Shown piece after piece: positions 1 through 8,878 of a DNA stretch of 50,047 nt. The first letter of the stretch is position 1. Every line of letters starts with the position of its first letter. The DNA comes from Candidatus Iainarchaeum sp. (lineage in GTDB: Archaea > Iainarchaeota > Iainarchaeia > Iainarchaeales > JAGVWC01): contig JAGVWC010000006.1 of the NCBI GenBank assembly GCA_018304465.1, positions 1-50,047 of the forward strand. Reading direction: 5' to 3'. A model generated the notes under the pieces. That model was given only the letters and a program-made list of their open reading frames with translations, was not told where the DNA came from and did no database searches. A program made the position numbers and the translations under genes.

Positions 1-37
1 CCCGCGGCGCGCGGGCAGAAATATTCGCCCGCTTCAT
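1..37 (-). CDS. 5' end of a gene running off the left edge (MKRANISARAPR...)
   Basis: ATG at 37 on the minus strand with an open frame to the edge; AT-rich divergent intergenic region 40-130. Confidence 0.35.
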   Translation of the reverse strand, partial: MKRANISARAPR

Positions 38-133
38 AGTACACAACCTAAAATTGATTCCAAAAATAGAGATTTTCAACTAAGCCCTTGTTTCAACCAT
101 TCTTTTTTATATCTCCTAAAACAATTCTTCTAC

Positions 134-445
134 ATGAGTACGATCGGATTCGTTTCGTTTCCAACCCGACAAGACGCCAAAGAAACAATCGCACGCCTGC
201 TTGAAAAACGCCTCATCGCGTGCGCCCAAATTGTGCCCGAAATCGAGTCCGCGTACCGCTGGAAAGGACGCATCGAAACGAACAACGAAACCCTTGTGTT
301 ACTCAAGACAAACCCGACCAAAATAAACGACGTGATCTCCGAAATCCAAAAACACCATTCGTACGAACTACCCGTCATCGAATTCATCAACGTGGACCAT
401 TCCACTCCCGCGGTCCAGCAATGGATCAACGACGAAACCAAGTGA
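134..445 (+). CDS. cutA: Divalent-cation tolerance protein CutA
   Basis: LLEKRLIACAQI, SAYRWKG, E-x-LVLLKT and HSYELP motifs; 103 aa. Confidence 0.95.
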   Translation: MSTIGFVSFPTRQDAKETIARLLEKRLIACAQIVPEIESAYRWKGRIETNNETLVLLKTNPTKINDVISEIQKHHSYELPVIEFINVDHSTPAVQQWINDETK

Positions 446-451
446 ATCTAG

Positions 452-1879
452 ATGCAATGGAAAAAACTCGCCCGCAACACCGCTTCGGCCAAAGAACCAC
501 CCAAACTGGATTACCTGTTTTACCCCAAAAACGTCGCCGTCATCGGTGCAAGCAACGAAAAAGAAAGCGTCGGATACGCAATATTCGAAAATTTCCACAA
601 AAACAAGCATAACTGGTGCGAACACGTTTTTCCCGTCAACCCAAACCACGGCGTCATTCAAAACCACAAATCCTACAAAACTGTGCTCGACATCCCCGTG
701 GACGTAGACCTCGTCGTCATCGTGGTTCCCGCCAAATTCGTTCCGCAAGTCCTCAAAGAATGCATCGAAAAAAAAGTCGAAACCGTCATCGTGATATCCG
801 CGGGTTTCTCCGAAATCGGCGAAAAAAAACTCACGGGCGAAATCGCGGCGCTCATCGCACAAAACCCGAGAACCCGCGTGGTCGGACCCAACACGTTCGG
901 CATTTACGTCGGAGACACCGGACTCAACACCACGTTTTCATCCAAACAAAAAATGAACATGCCCAAAAACGGAACCGTCGCGTTCATAAGCCAAAGCGGA
1001 GCCCTCGGCGTCACGATTCTTGACTGGGCCAGCACCCAAGAATTCGGAGTATCCAAATTCGTTTCCTACGGAAACGCCATGGACCTTGATGAAAGCGATT
1101 TTTTGGAATACCTCGGGTCAGACCCCAAAACCAAAGTCATTACCGTGTACCTCGAAGGCGTCAAACACGGACACAAATTCCTCGACATATCCAAAAAAGT
1201 CACCAAACAAAAACCCGTCATCGTGCTCAAAGGCGGGGTCACCGAACAAGCCCACGCCGCCACATTATCCCACACGGGTTCTTTGGCCGGCGCGACCCGC
1301 GTATACGAAGCGGTTTTTCGCCAAGGCGGCATCATCCAAGCCAAAACACTCCAAGAACTCTTTAATTTCGCCAAAATATTCGAAACCGAACCCCTCATGA
1401 ACGGAAACCGGGTTCAAATCATCACCAACGGCGGCGGATACGGCATTATCAGCGCCGACCGCGTGATCGAAAGCGGGCTCGAACTGGCCAAACTTTCCGA
1501 CAAAAACAAATCCAAACTAAAAAAACAATTCCCGCCCACCGTCACCATATCCAACCCCATGGACCTGGTCGGAGACGCGGACGAACACCGCTACATCGCC
1601 GCCATCCAAACCGCGTTGGCCGATCCCGGCGTCGACGCATTAATGGTGCTTGTGTTGTTTTCGATTCCCGCCATCGGCAAAGGACTCGTCACCCAATTAT
1701 CTTCAATCAAAAAAACCGCGAAAAAACCCATCGTCGTGGTCTCGACCGGAAGCCAGTTCACGGAACAAATGCGCCGCGAACTCGAAAAAAACGGAATTCC
1801 GACCTTCAAATACCCCGAAATCGCGGCCACCAGCCTCAAAGCGCTTTCAGACTACTCGGCGTTTCGGCAAGATCGTTAA
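452..1879 (+). CDS. acdA: ADP-forming acetate--CoA ligase, alpha subunit
   Basis: VAVIGAS CoA-binding start, GPN, SQSGA, SHTGSL phospho-His motif, TNGGG, NPMDL. Confidence 0.93.
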   Translation: MQWKKLARNTASAKEPPKLDYLFYPKNVAVIGASNEKESVGYAIFENFHKNKHNWCEHVFPVNPNHGVIQNHKSYKTVLDIPVDVDLVVIVVPAKFVPQVLKECIEKKVETVIVISAGFSEIGEKKLTGEIAALIAQNPRTRVVGPNTFGIYVGDTGLNTTFSSKQKMNMPKNGTVAFISQSGALGVTILDWASTQEFGVSKFVSYGNAMDLDESDFLEYLGSDPKTKVITVYLEGVKHGHKFLDISKKVTKQKPVIVLKGGVTEQAHAATLSHTGSLAGATRVYEAVFRQGGIIQAKTLQELFNFAKIFETEPLMNGNRVQIITNGGGYGIISADRVIESGLELAKLSDKNKSKLKKQFPPTVTISNPMDLVGDADEHRYIAAIQTALADPGVDALMVLVLFSIPAIGKGLVTQLSSIKKTAKKPIVVVSTGSQFTEQMRRELEKNGIPTFKYPEIAATSLKALSDYSAFRQDR

Positions 1880-3131
1880 CGGTTTGTTTCCCTTCTTTTT
1901 TCGCCTTCGATTCCATCAACGCTTCCATGGCTTTTTCGGTTTCGCCTTCGGACAACCACTCGAAAATCTGCCGCGAATCAAACGCGGAATCAAACGGGGT
2001 CTCCGACAAATTCTTGTCCAGCAACTCAAGACCCATTTCAAGCACGGAAACCTTGGATTTTTGAAACGCGCGCAACTCCGCGATTTTTTGCCGCAACGAC
2101 ACTTCCGAAAACGATTCATCCGCCGAAAAAAAAGCTTTTTCCTTGTACGGAGCGATCAATTTCGACAACTGCAAATCCGAAGACGAAAAACCCTTTCCGA
2201 TCGAACCCACCAGCTTCAACCGCACCAAGGGTTTCTGGTCAAACGATTTTGAAAACAATCCATCCAAATACCCCGTCACCCGGTTTCGAACATCCTCCAA
2301 AGACGCGTCTTCAAACGCCATTTTTTCGTAAAACACCAATCGCTGGGACGGAATCGAAAAAAACTCGAGTTTCTTGGTACCGGTATCCAACACGAAAAAA
2401 CCCTTGGGTTTTTGGCTTTCCAACCGCTTCATTTGCGTCACCACCGTCGAACCTGTCAGCAAAAAACGATTGTTTCCGAACTGCGTTTCATTCGCCCAAT
2501 GCAAATGGCCATTGACATACAAATCGAATCCCGACGGCAAATCCGAAAGCGAAATCGACACGCTCATGTCGTCTTCGGTCGGCAAAAACTCCTTGATGGA
2601 CTGATGCAACACCAACATATTGAACACGTTTGAAACCGGTGTTGGATTCCACGCTTGCAACACGTTTAACGCGACTTTTTCTGGCACGCCGCTTAAACCA
2701 TGAATCGCCACGGTTTCCACGCCGTTTGAAACCAAACAATAATTGCCATGCAAATGCACCATTTGGCCGCCGGCTTCCAATACTTCCAGCGCGTTCACCA
2801 ATCCTTTGGGCCGATGCTCGTGCGTGCCATGAATCGACACCATGGGAATCGAACCCCATGAAAACGGAATTTTCGAACCGTCCCGCAACACTTTTTCAAC
2901 CGATAAATTCGACGAAACCTTTTTTCCGATCCCGAAAAAATCAAACGCTTGTTTCCAGGCTTCCGGCGACGGCTCGTTCGAATCAAACAAATCCCCGGCC
3001 AGCAACACGAAATCCACTTTTTTTTTCAACACGCCTTCCAACGCCTGCTTGGCCTGCAAAAACGCGTCGTCGCAACGCTCGGTTCCCTCCGCAAACCCGA
3101 AATGACAATCCGAAAAAATGCCGATTCTCAC
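1836..3131 (-). CDS. mre11: Mre11/SbcD-family DNA repair nuclease
   Basis: Metallophosphoesterase motifs DCHFG, AGDLFD, GTHE, LHQ, GHLH; likely GTG start at 3131 overlapping the upstream stop (GTGA). Confidence 0.88.
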   Translation of the reverse strand: MRIGIFSDCHFGFAEGTERCDDAFLQAKQALEGVLKKKVDFVLLAGDLFDSNEPSPEAWKQAFDFFGIGKKVSSNLSVEKVLRDGSKIPFSWGSIPMVSIHGTHEHRPKGLVNALEVLEAGGQMVHLHGNYCLVSNGVETVAIHGLSGVPEKVALNVLQAWNPTPVSNVFNMLVLHQSIKEFLPTEDDMSVSISLSDLPSGFDLYVNGHLHWANETQFGNNRFLLTGSTVVTQMKRLESQKPKGFFVLDTGTKKLEFFSIPSQRLVFYEKMAFEDASLEDVRNRVTGYLDGLFSKSFDQKPLVRLKLVGSIGKGFSSSDLQLSKLIAPYKEKAFFSADESFSEVSLRQKIAELRAFQKSKVSVLEMGLELLDKNLSETPFDSAFDSRQIFEWLSEGETEKAMEALMESKAKKEGKQTVNDLAETPSSLKAL

Positions 3132-3985
3132 TTGGCCACCGCCGGCAACACTTCCTTGGGAAACCCAATCAACGGATACAACACGGGAAAACGCCAATCC
3201 GAATCCGAATACCCGAAATTCGTTTTCGCGCTCGCCAAAATATTCACGTCAGCCACCTTGGATAATTCATCCGCTTTGACAGCCGAAAACGAAGCCAAAG
3301 AATTGAATGCTTCCAACCGCTTTAACGCGGATTCGCCGGTTTTTCCCGTTTGAACTGCGACCAAATTACACCCGCGTTTTAACAACAAAAAACCCGCCAA
3401 AAAAACGTCTTCGCTTGAAGAATCCAACAACAATCCAATGCGACCCTGGCTTCCGACCGGCAATCCTTCCAATCCTTTGACCGTGGACGAATACGCCACC
3501 ACGGCTTTCGGATACACTTCCACAAAAACCGTTTTGGTCGGACCCACCAGTTTGACTTTCACGTCTTTGACCGCTTCCAAAATCCGCGAACCCGCTTCGA
3601 TTTCAATGTCCTTGCTTGAAAAGAAATGCTGACCTGAACGCGAACACCGCACGCAAAACGAATCCCCCGCTTTCAATTCGGATTTCGCGGTTAAAATCGC
3701 CAACGAAACCACGGATTCAAAATCACTTTTTTCCAACCTGGTCACCGGGGCCAATTCGTGAATCCCAAACACGCGGGACAACACCCCAATGGATTTGGAT
3801 GCATCCGAACCCGAAACAAACAACCGACCACGACCCGTCGAAATCGAATCCACCGAAACATGAGCGTTCTTTAACGCCGTTCGCATGTTTTTGACCAAAA
3901 TACCCGTAAACCGCTTTTGCACAAAATCCGACTTAATCGCGATTTCCGACGCGGTTTTCACCAAAATCAAGGATCCAGACGCCAT
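3128..3985 (-). CDS. thiI: ThiI-like THUMP-domain protein with degenerate, truncated catalytic domain
   Basis: EIAIKS N-terminus, THUMP (FCVRCSRSGQH), GLPVGSQGR; PP-loop SGGxDS replaced by DSSSED. Confidence 0.8.
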   Translation of the reverse strand: MASGSLILVKTASEIAIKSDFVQKRFTGILVKNMRTALKNAHVSVDSISTGRGRLFVSGSDASKSIGVLSRVFGIHELAPVTRLEKSDFESVVSLAILTAKSELKAGDSFCVRCSRSGQHFFSSKDIEIEAGSRILEAVKDVKVKLVGPTKTVFVEVYPKAVVAYSSTVKGLEGLPVGSQGRIGLLLDSSSEDVFLAGFLLLKRGCNLVAVQTGKTGESALKRLEAFNSLASFSAVKADELSKVADVNILASAKTNFGYSDSDWRFPVLYPLIGFPKEVLPAVAK

Positions 3986-4033
3986 AGTACAACCCAGGGC
4001 CAAAACCCATAAAAAACGATTAACGAAAAAACA

Positions 4034-4798
4034 CTACTTTTTGAGCCGCTTGGGTTTTGGAATCCGCGGACGAAAACCCACCACCGGACGATTAAAAGCG
4101 CCCAACGCGGATCTCACCACTTGTTTTCCCTCCCGAGTCAATTTGAATCCATGCGGCAGGGTTTTGCTGTAATCATGCACCAACGGATTACGATGAAAAT
4201 CAATCAACACCTTGGTCAAGGTACGCCCCGACAACGAAAAAAGCGGTTCTCCGCCAATCGCGCGAATCCGAACATCCCACGCCGAACCATCCTCCGCGCG
4301 ATTCACACCGCCTAATTCCACCCGATGAAACCCCGCGCGCTCCCAAAAACGCGCACGCGCCAACGTCACTTGTTTTTCTTCTCCACGCCGCGAAAAAAAC
4401 GGCGGCGCCACACTACGCGTTTCGGCCACCAAAAACCGCGCCGATGGTTCGGATTGCCGCAACAACGCCTCCGAATCCCGAAAAAAAGCGCTTCCGATTC
4501 CACGTCCCTGCACGGACGCGTCCACGCAAAACCCGCTCACATACACGGATTTGGATGGACGCGAAAACACGTACCACGCCCCCGCTTTCACGGCTTCAAA
4601 ACCCCCCGCGGTTCGAACCCCCAACGCCAAATACGCGCGATACTGCGGAAACGAACTGGACAAGCGATCCCGAATCGCATTCAACGCGGGCGCATGGCTT
4701 CCAAACGAACGCACCAACACCTGACCATATTGCTCCAACAACGGAGCCGGCACGGGATGATCAATATCAAACAAACGAATATCAAAATGCCCTTTCAC
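4034..4798 (-). CDS. GNAT-family acetyltransferase-like orphan with basic C-terminal tail
   Basis: Motif A VDASVQGRGIGS, motif B ARFWERAGF; tail RPRIPKPKRLKK; start uncertain (GTG 4798 or TTG 4849). Confidence 0.7.
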   Translation of the reverse strand: MKGHFDIRLFDIDHPVPAPLLEQYGQVLVRSFGSHAPALNAIRDRLSSSFPQYRAYLALGVRTAGGFEAVKAGAWYVFSRPSKSVYVSGFCVDASVQGRGIGSAFFRDSEALLRQSEPSARFLVAETRSVAPPFFSRRGEEKQVTLARARFWERAGFHRVELGGVNRAEDGSAWDVRIRAIGGEPLFSLSGRTLTKVLIDFHRNPLVHDYSKTLPHGFKLTREGKQVVRSALGAFNRPVVGFRPRIPKPKRLKK

Positions 4799-4860
4799 AC
4801 GAATACCTTCATTAATTACACCGAAATCAAATAAAAAAACACCCTTCAATCATTTCATCC

Positions 4861-5526
4861 ATGAGCACGGCCCTCGTGGAAAAAACCGCCCAAATGGTCC
4901 AAGAAAAATTCAAAAACGAATCCACCGGCCACGACTGGGAACACATTCGCAGGGTGTGGATCATGGCCCAACGGATTTGTCGCAAAGAAAAAGCCGACTT
5001 CGAAACCGTAGAACTGGCCGCGTTACTCCATGACATATCCGACTGGAAAGAAAACTACGGCAACAGTACGACCGGAGCCGACGAAGCCCGACGCTGGCTG
5101 GTGCAAAACAACGCAAATCCAATCCTTGTTGAACACGTTAGCCAAATCGTTTCGAAAATATCCTTTAAAGGCAGTCAAAAACCCGAAGACATGCCCACCC
5201 TCGAAGGAAAAATCACCCAAGACGCCGACCGATTGGAAAGCCTTGGCGCCATCGGCATCATTCGCGCAATTTCGTTTGGCGCCAGCAAAAACCGCATTTT
5301 ATACGATCCCGCGATTCCGCCCAAATCCCATCTAACCAACGAAGGATACGTCCAAAGAACCATCAACCCCAAAGACGACACCACCATCAACCACTTTTAC
5401 GAAAAACTATTACTGGTCAAAGACCGGTTACACACGCACACCGCCAAAAAAATCGCCCAACACCGCCACGAATACATCGAACAATTTTTGGAAGAATTCC
5501 TTTCTGAATGGGAAGGAAAAAAATGA
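4861..5526 (+). CDS. HD-domain phosphohydrolase (YedJ-like)
   Basis: HDWEHIRRV, LLHDISD, QDADRLESLGAIG, HFYEKLL. Confidence 0.92.
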   Translation: MSTALVEKTAQMVQEKFKNESTGHDWEHIRRVWIMAQRICRKEKADFETVELAALLHDISDWKENYGNSTTGADEARRWLVQNNANPILVEHVSQIVSKISFKGSQKPEDMPTLEGKITQDADRLESLGAIGIIRAISFGASKNRILYDPAIPPKSHLTNEGYVQRTINPKDDTTINHFYEKLLLVKDRLHTHTAKKIAQHRHEYIEQFLEEFLSEWEGKK

Positions 5527-6065
5527 CCCTCGAACTCGAACGCCGCTATTTGCCCCTCAACCTGCCCGCCGACCTGACGAAACACCCGTGGAAAGAAGTG
5601 CACGACATTTACGTTCCCCACGAAAACGGCCATCCCACGTTACGCATCCGAAAAAACGGATCCAAACACGAAATCACGCGCAAACAACCCCGCGCCGACA
5701 ATCCCTCTGAAATGAACGAAGAAACCATTCCAATCACCGAAACGGAATTCGAAACACTCAAATGCATTCCGGGACTCTCCGTTCGAAAACACCGATTTTT
5801 TTATCCGTACCGCGGAATCCAACTCGAAATCGACGTGTTTTTAGACCAACTTGACGGACTCGTCGTGGTCGAAGCCGAATTCGATTCCATCGAACAAAAA
5901 AACGCGTTTGAAATCCCGCGTTTTTGCCTCTGCGAAGTCACGGGAAAAGAATTCATCGCCGGCGGAAAAATCTGCGGAAAAAAATACTCCGATATCGCAA
6001 CTGAATTATCCAAACTCGGATACCAACCCCAAACCCACGCCCGCTTGGAGACAAAAAAACCATGA
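5523..6065 (+). CDS. CYTH (triphosphate tunnel) domain protein 1
   Basis: ELERRY, LRIRK, VRKHRF, EIDVF, VVEAEF; ATGA overlap with the HD gene. Confidence 0.88.
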   Translation: MTLELERRYLPLNLPADLTKHPWKEVHDIYVPHENGHPTLRIRKNGSKHEITRKQPRADNPSEMNEETIPITETEFETLKCIPGLSVRKHRFFYPYRGIQLEIDVFLDQLDGLVVVEAEFDSIEQKNAFEIPRFCLCEVTGKEFIAGGKICGKKYSDIATELSKLGYQPQTHARLETKKP

Positions 6066-6553
6066 AACTGGAAATCGAACGAAAATTCCTCGTCAAAAAA
6101 AAGCCGAATTTGAACGGAATCGCACCGGTTCAACAAGAACGATTCTATCTTTTCCAAGGTCAAGACATCGAACTTCGCATCCAAACCAAAAACGATTATT
6201 TCGAACTCGAACGAAAAACCAACCAAGGCGAATACTCCCGCGACAGCCAAAAACTCGCATTAAGCAAAACCGAATACGAAACCCTCAAAAAAATCGGCCA
6301 AAACAAAACCCTTCGAGACAGCTATTCGATTACAAAAAAACCCAATGTCAAACTCAAAATTTATCACGGCGCTCACGAAGGATTAATCCGCGCCGAAATC
6401 GAATTCGATTCGATTGAAGACGCCAAACGATTCCAACCATTCGACTGGATGGGAACCGAAATCACCGCAACACCGCTTGGACGTGACACCGAACTTGGAC
6501 AACTCAACCGAAACCAATTCCTAGCCGAACTCAAAAAACATCAACATAACTAA
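6062..6553 (+). CDS. CYTH domain protein 2
   Basis: EIERKFLV, LRIQ, AEIEFDS, WMGTEIT; ATGA overlap with CYTH1. Confidence 0.88.
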   Translation: MKLEIERKFLVKKKPNLNGIAPVQQERFYLFQGQDIELRIQTKNDYFELERKTNQGEYSRDSQKLALSKTEYETLKKIGQNKTLRDSYSITKKPNVKLKIYHGAHEGLIRAEIEFDSIEDAKRFQPFDWMGTEITATPLGRDTELGQLNRNQFLAELKKHQHN

Positions 6554-6617
6554 AACCACTCAAACGGATCCCCCATTCGGAAACCCTTAAAAAACCACAG
6601 TTGCCCAAAGAATACAA

Positions 6618-6720
6618 CAGCCTTTTCGTCTTTTCTTTGAAAAGACAAAAGCCTGGGGAAAAACCTTTTGCAAACAAAAGCCTCGAAAAAGTTTTTCGCC
6701 AGCCTTTTAGAAAAAGGCTG
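6618..6720. repeat. Cluster of A/T-tract palindromes (REP/MITE-like) abutting tRNA-Cys
   Basis: CAGCCTTTTCGTCTTTTC-TTT-GAAAAGACAAAAGCCTG (6618-6655) and perfect CAGCCTTTT-AGA-AAAAGGCTG (6700-6720). Confidence 0.6.
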
Positions 6721-6791
6721 CTGGTGTGGCAGAGAGGCTATGCATCCGCCTGCAGAGCGGAAGATCGGGAGTTCAAGTCTCCCCACCAGCT
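6720..6791 (+). tRNA. tRNA-Cys(GCA), intronless, CCA not encoded
   Basis: Acceptor GCTGGTG/CACCAGC, anticodon stem TCCGC/GCGGA with loop CT-GCA-GA, T-arm GGGAG-TTCAAGT-CTCCC, discriminator U. Confidence 0.97.
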
Positions 6792-6849
6792 TGTATTACT
6801 CAACTATTTGTATTACTCGTGGTTTTTTAAATAGTTATGAGTAATACAA
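6791..6849 (+). promoter_or_regulatory. Operator-like repeats around the fic promoter
   Basis: TTGTATTACTC at 6791-6801 and 6808-6818; reverse complement GAGTAATACAA at 6839-6849; TTTTTAAATA TATA-like box between. Confidence 0.6.
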
Positions 6850-6853
6850 TTGT

Positions 6854-7786
6854 ATGTCGTATTTAGCCAAATTCAAACGCGGAAAAAAGACCTATTACTA
6901 TTTAGCGGAAAACATCCGCCTCACGCCGCATAAGCGAAAACAAATCCGCCAGTACATCGGAGACCAATATCCTTCCGAAAACCGCCTTCGCGGCCTCATG
7001 GTCGAATTCGAAAAACAGGTCGAACAGGAAAAAACAAAACTGCACGGCCACCATTACCTAACCCAAATTGAAATCGAAGAAGTCGATTCAATCAATAACC
7101 AATTCTGGGAACGTTATAACGCACAGAACAAATCCGTTCAGGAACAATTCGACCAAAACTTCATCGCCGTGTTCGTCTTCAACACCAACTCAATCGAAGG
7201 ATCCACGCTCACCCCCAAAGAAGTCGAATTACTGCTGGAAGAAAACATCTCACCCAACAGACCGTTGGACGACGTGCTCGAAGCCAAGGGAGCCCAAAAA
7301 ACAATCGAATACATCAAAAATCACAACGGAGAACTAGCCGAAGAACTTATCAAACAACTCCACCAGAGGTATTTCCAGGAAACCAAACCCTACATCGCCG
7401 GGCAATACAAAACTCGACAAAACCGAATCAAAGGATCCGAATTCGATGTTACCCCACCCCACGAAGTGCCCGAACAAATGAAGCAACTAATCCAAGAATA
7501 CCATCGCCTCAAAAAAGAATTACACCCCCTTGAACTCGCGGCATGGGTTCACTGGAAATTCGTATCCATTCACCCATTTCAAGACGGAAACGGACGCATC
7601 GCACGGCTACTGATGAACCTGGTTTTGCACAAGAATCATTATGGTATGATTGACATCAAAACCAAGGAAAAACAAGCATACTTCAAAGCGCTCGAAAAAA
7701 GCAATTACGTCCAAAACGGGGCGCCGCTCGCCACCCGACTGGTCCGACGGTTCAAGAAAGAATACCAGAACGCGCTCAAAGACTAA
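6854..7786 (+). CDS. Fic-family protein (AMPylase) with N-terminal basic beta domain
   Basis: Canonical HPFQDGNGRIAR; inhibitory-helix-like TNSIEGS; N-terminus KRGKKTYYYL. Confidence 0.93.
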   Translation: MSYLAKFKRGKKTYYYLAENIRLTPHKRKQIRQYIGDQYPSENRLRGLMVEFEKQVEQEKTKLHGHHYLTQIEIEEVDSINNQFWERYNAQNKSVQEQFDQNFIAVFVFNTNSIEGSTLTPKEVELLLEENISPNRPLDDVLEAKGAQKTIEYIKNHNGELAEELIKQLHQRYFQETKPYIAGQYKTRQNRIKGSEFDVTPPHEVPEQMKQLIQEYHRLKKELHPLELAAWVHWKFVSIHPFQDGNGRIARLLMNLVLHKNHYGMIDIKTKEKQAYFKALEKSNYVQNGAPLATRLVRRFKKEYQNALKD

Positions 7787-8052
7787 CTACCACAAAAAAA
7801 TCCGGCCGACCATCGAATTCCTGCTGGACGAATACAAAGAACTCCGAAAACAATTCAAGGTGACCGCAAAAAAGTAGTGTGTGGTCACCCAAAATGCACA
7901 AAGCAGAAACTCGCCCCTTACAAAACAGAATTAAAAAGTAGGGGATAAAACCCAAAACCACTTCACACTCGTTTCTGCTTGGCACTCCTTCGTTTCAGTA
8001 CTTCAAATCCACCCCGCCGAGTATATATAGTTCTTTAGCAATGTATACCTGA

Positions 8053-8844
8053 ATGAAGACAAATTGGCTTGTTTCACTTTTAGTTCTTGAAACCATCGCA
8101 TTTGCGGCCCTTTTTTTGTCTTCTGGAAACTTCAGTTCGGTCGCTTATGCATTAGTCATCGGGATTGTTTTTTTCGCAATTGAATTTTTCAGGAAAACAT
8201 TCAAACCGCCAAAAATTTCAAGAGAAGAGTTTGAAGAACTGAACGCAAAATACAAAAAAAACGTTGACTGGATTGACATTGGTTCGATTGTTGCATTGGT
8301 AGTGGAAACGGGAATCGTTTTTTTCCTGGTGACAACCATCAAACAATATCTATTGCCGATTACACAAGGAACGGTTTTTTTCAGCAATCCGGTTGGCTTG
8401 ATTTTTTTGGGGTCTTTTCTTTTTTCGCTCGCCACAATCGGATGGATTATGGACTGGATTGTTTCAAAGCGCTTTGGAAAAAAATATTGGATTTATTATT
8501 ATCATCTTCCAAGAGCAGGATTTGATTCGAAAAAGGTTTACTCCATCATCAGCATTATTGGATTGCTAACGGGGTTTCCAGCCCTCGTTTTTGGCTTGCA
8601 GGATTACACCATTGTAACGAACGATAACGGAATAAACCTAAACGACTGGACCCGACTAACCGAAAAACACTATGGGTGGTCGGACATCGAGTCCATTCGA
8701 AGTTCAACCCAAAACGAAAAAAAGCATTATACGATTTCCTTTTCGGACGGAACAAACTGGAGCACTTCCAACGAACGATGGAATGCAGACGAAAAAAAAG
8801 TCATGGAATTTATCTCCATCCAAAGCCATCGAGAAATTGAATAA
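8053..8844 (+). CDS. Hypothetical multi-pass membrane protein with C-terminal soluble domain
   Basis: About 5 hydrophobic segments; AT-rich; TATATA box upstream. Confidence 0.75.
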   Translation: MKTNWLVSLLVLETIAFAALFLSSGNFSSVAYALVIGIVFFAIEFFRKTFKPPKISREEFEELNAKYKKNVDWIDIGSIVALVVETGIVFFLVTTIKQYLLPITQGTVFFSNPVGLIFLGSFLFSLATIGWIMDWIVSKRFGKKYWIYYYHLPRAGFDSKKVYSIISIIGLLTGFPALVFGLQDYTIVTNDNGINLNDWTRLTEKHYGWSDIESIRSSTQNEKKHYTISFSDGTNWSTSNERWNADEKKVMEFISIQSHREIE

Positions 8845-8878
8845 GAAGCATATTCCATTATTTGGCAGTGCCTGATTA

